Below, in pieces: positions 16,040-16,216 of a stretch of 16,216 nt of DNA. Source of the stretch: Fibrobacteria bacterium. GTDB lineage: Bacteria; Fibrobacterota; Fibrobacteria; UBA11236. The stretch lies in contig JBGTHM010000040.1 in the NCBI GenBank assembly GCA_041746255.1, positions 1 to 16,216 on the forward strand, read 5' to 3'. The notes below the pieces were generated by a model that had not been told where the DNA came from, did no database searches, and saw only the letters and a program-made list of their open reading frames with translations. The translations under genes and the position numbers were made by a program. Position 1 is the stretch's first letter. Each line of letters starts with the position of its first letter.

Positions 16040-16216
16040 CAGGCCATTCCCTGATTTACCTCGAAATTTGGGGTTAAACGGCCACAGCACATAAGTGCTT
16101 TCGTGGGGGCCGGTTAGCCTACCTGTTTAAAAGAGTGGGGTCAATTCACCTGGATTTGGCAAAAAAATATCCGAAAAATGACCGAATTTCGGGGATAATT
16201 GGGGGTTTCTCCCTGG

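Noticed and set aside
16040..16216. Riboswitch (for example c-di-GMP-I), SRP RNA, tRNA or a CDS end in the terminal non-coding stretch
   Set aside because: The required conserved motifs are not present on either strand, and the minus-strand translations are short and unrecognisable.
1..16216. CRISPR array, IS element, defence system or other novel multi-gene system
   Set aside because: Almost all bases are accounted for by recognisable housekeeping genes. I saw no repeat-spacer periodicity, transposase or orphan ORF.

Overview
This is a core bacterial translation locus, with every gene on the + strand. It opens with the 3' end of tuf, followed by a contiguous S10-spc-alpha ribosomal protein cluster: rpsJ, rplC, rplD, rplW, rplB, rpsS, rplV, rpsC, rplP, rpmC, rpsQ, rplN, rplX, rplE, rpsN(Z), rpsH, rplF, rplR, rpsE, rpmD, rplO, secY, infA, rpmJ, rpsM, rpsK, rpoA, rplQ. 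An intrinsic terminator closes the cluster, and uvrC plus a YvlD/phage-holin-family membrane protein gene follow. rpsD, adk and map are absent from their common positions. The RpoA N-terminus, an L17 insertion and an S11 extension resemble Fibrobacterota as I recall them (inference, not a search result). I found no mobile element, CRISPR array, RNA gene or convincing novel multi-gene system. The best leads are cis-acting: structured spacers in the operon (two share a bulged-hairpin architecture right after a stop codon), and a perfect TATAAT plus 20-bp palindrome abutting the operon terminator upstream of uvrC.
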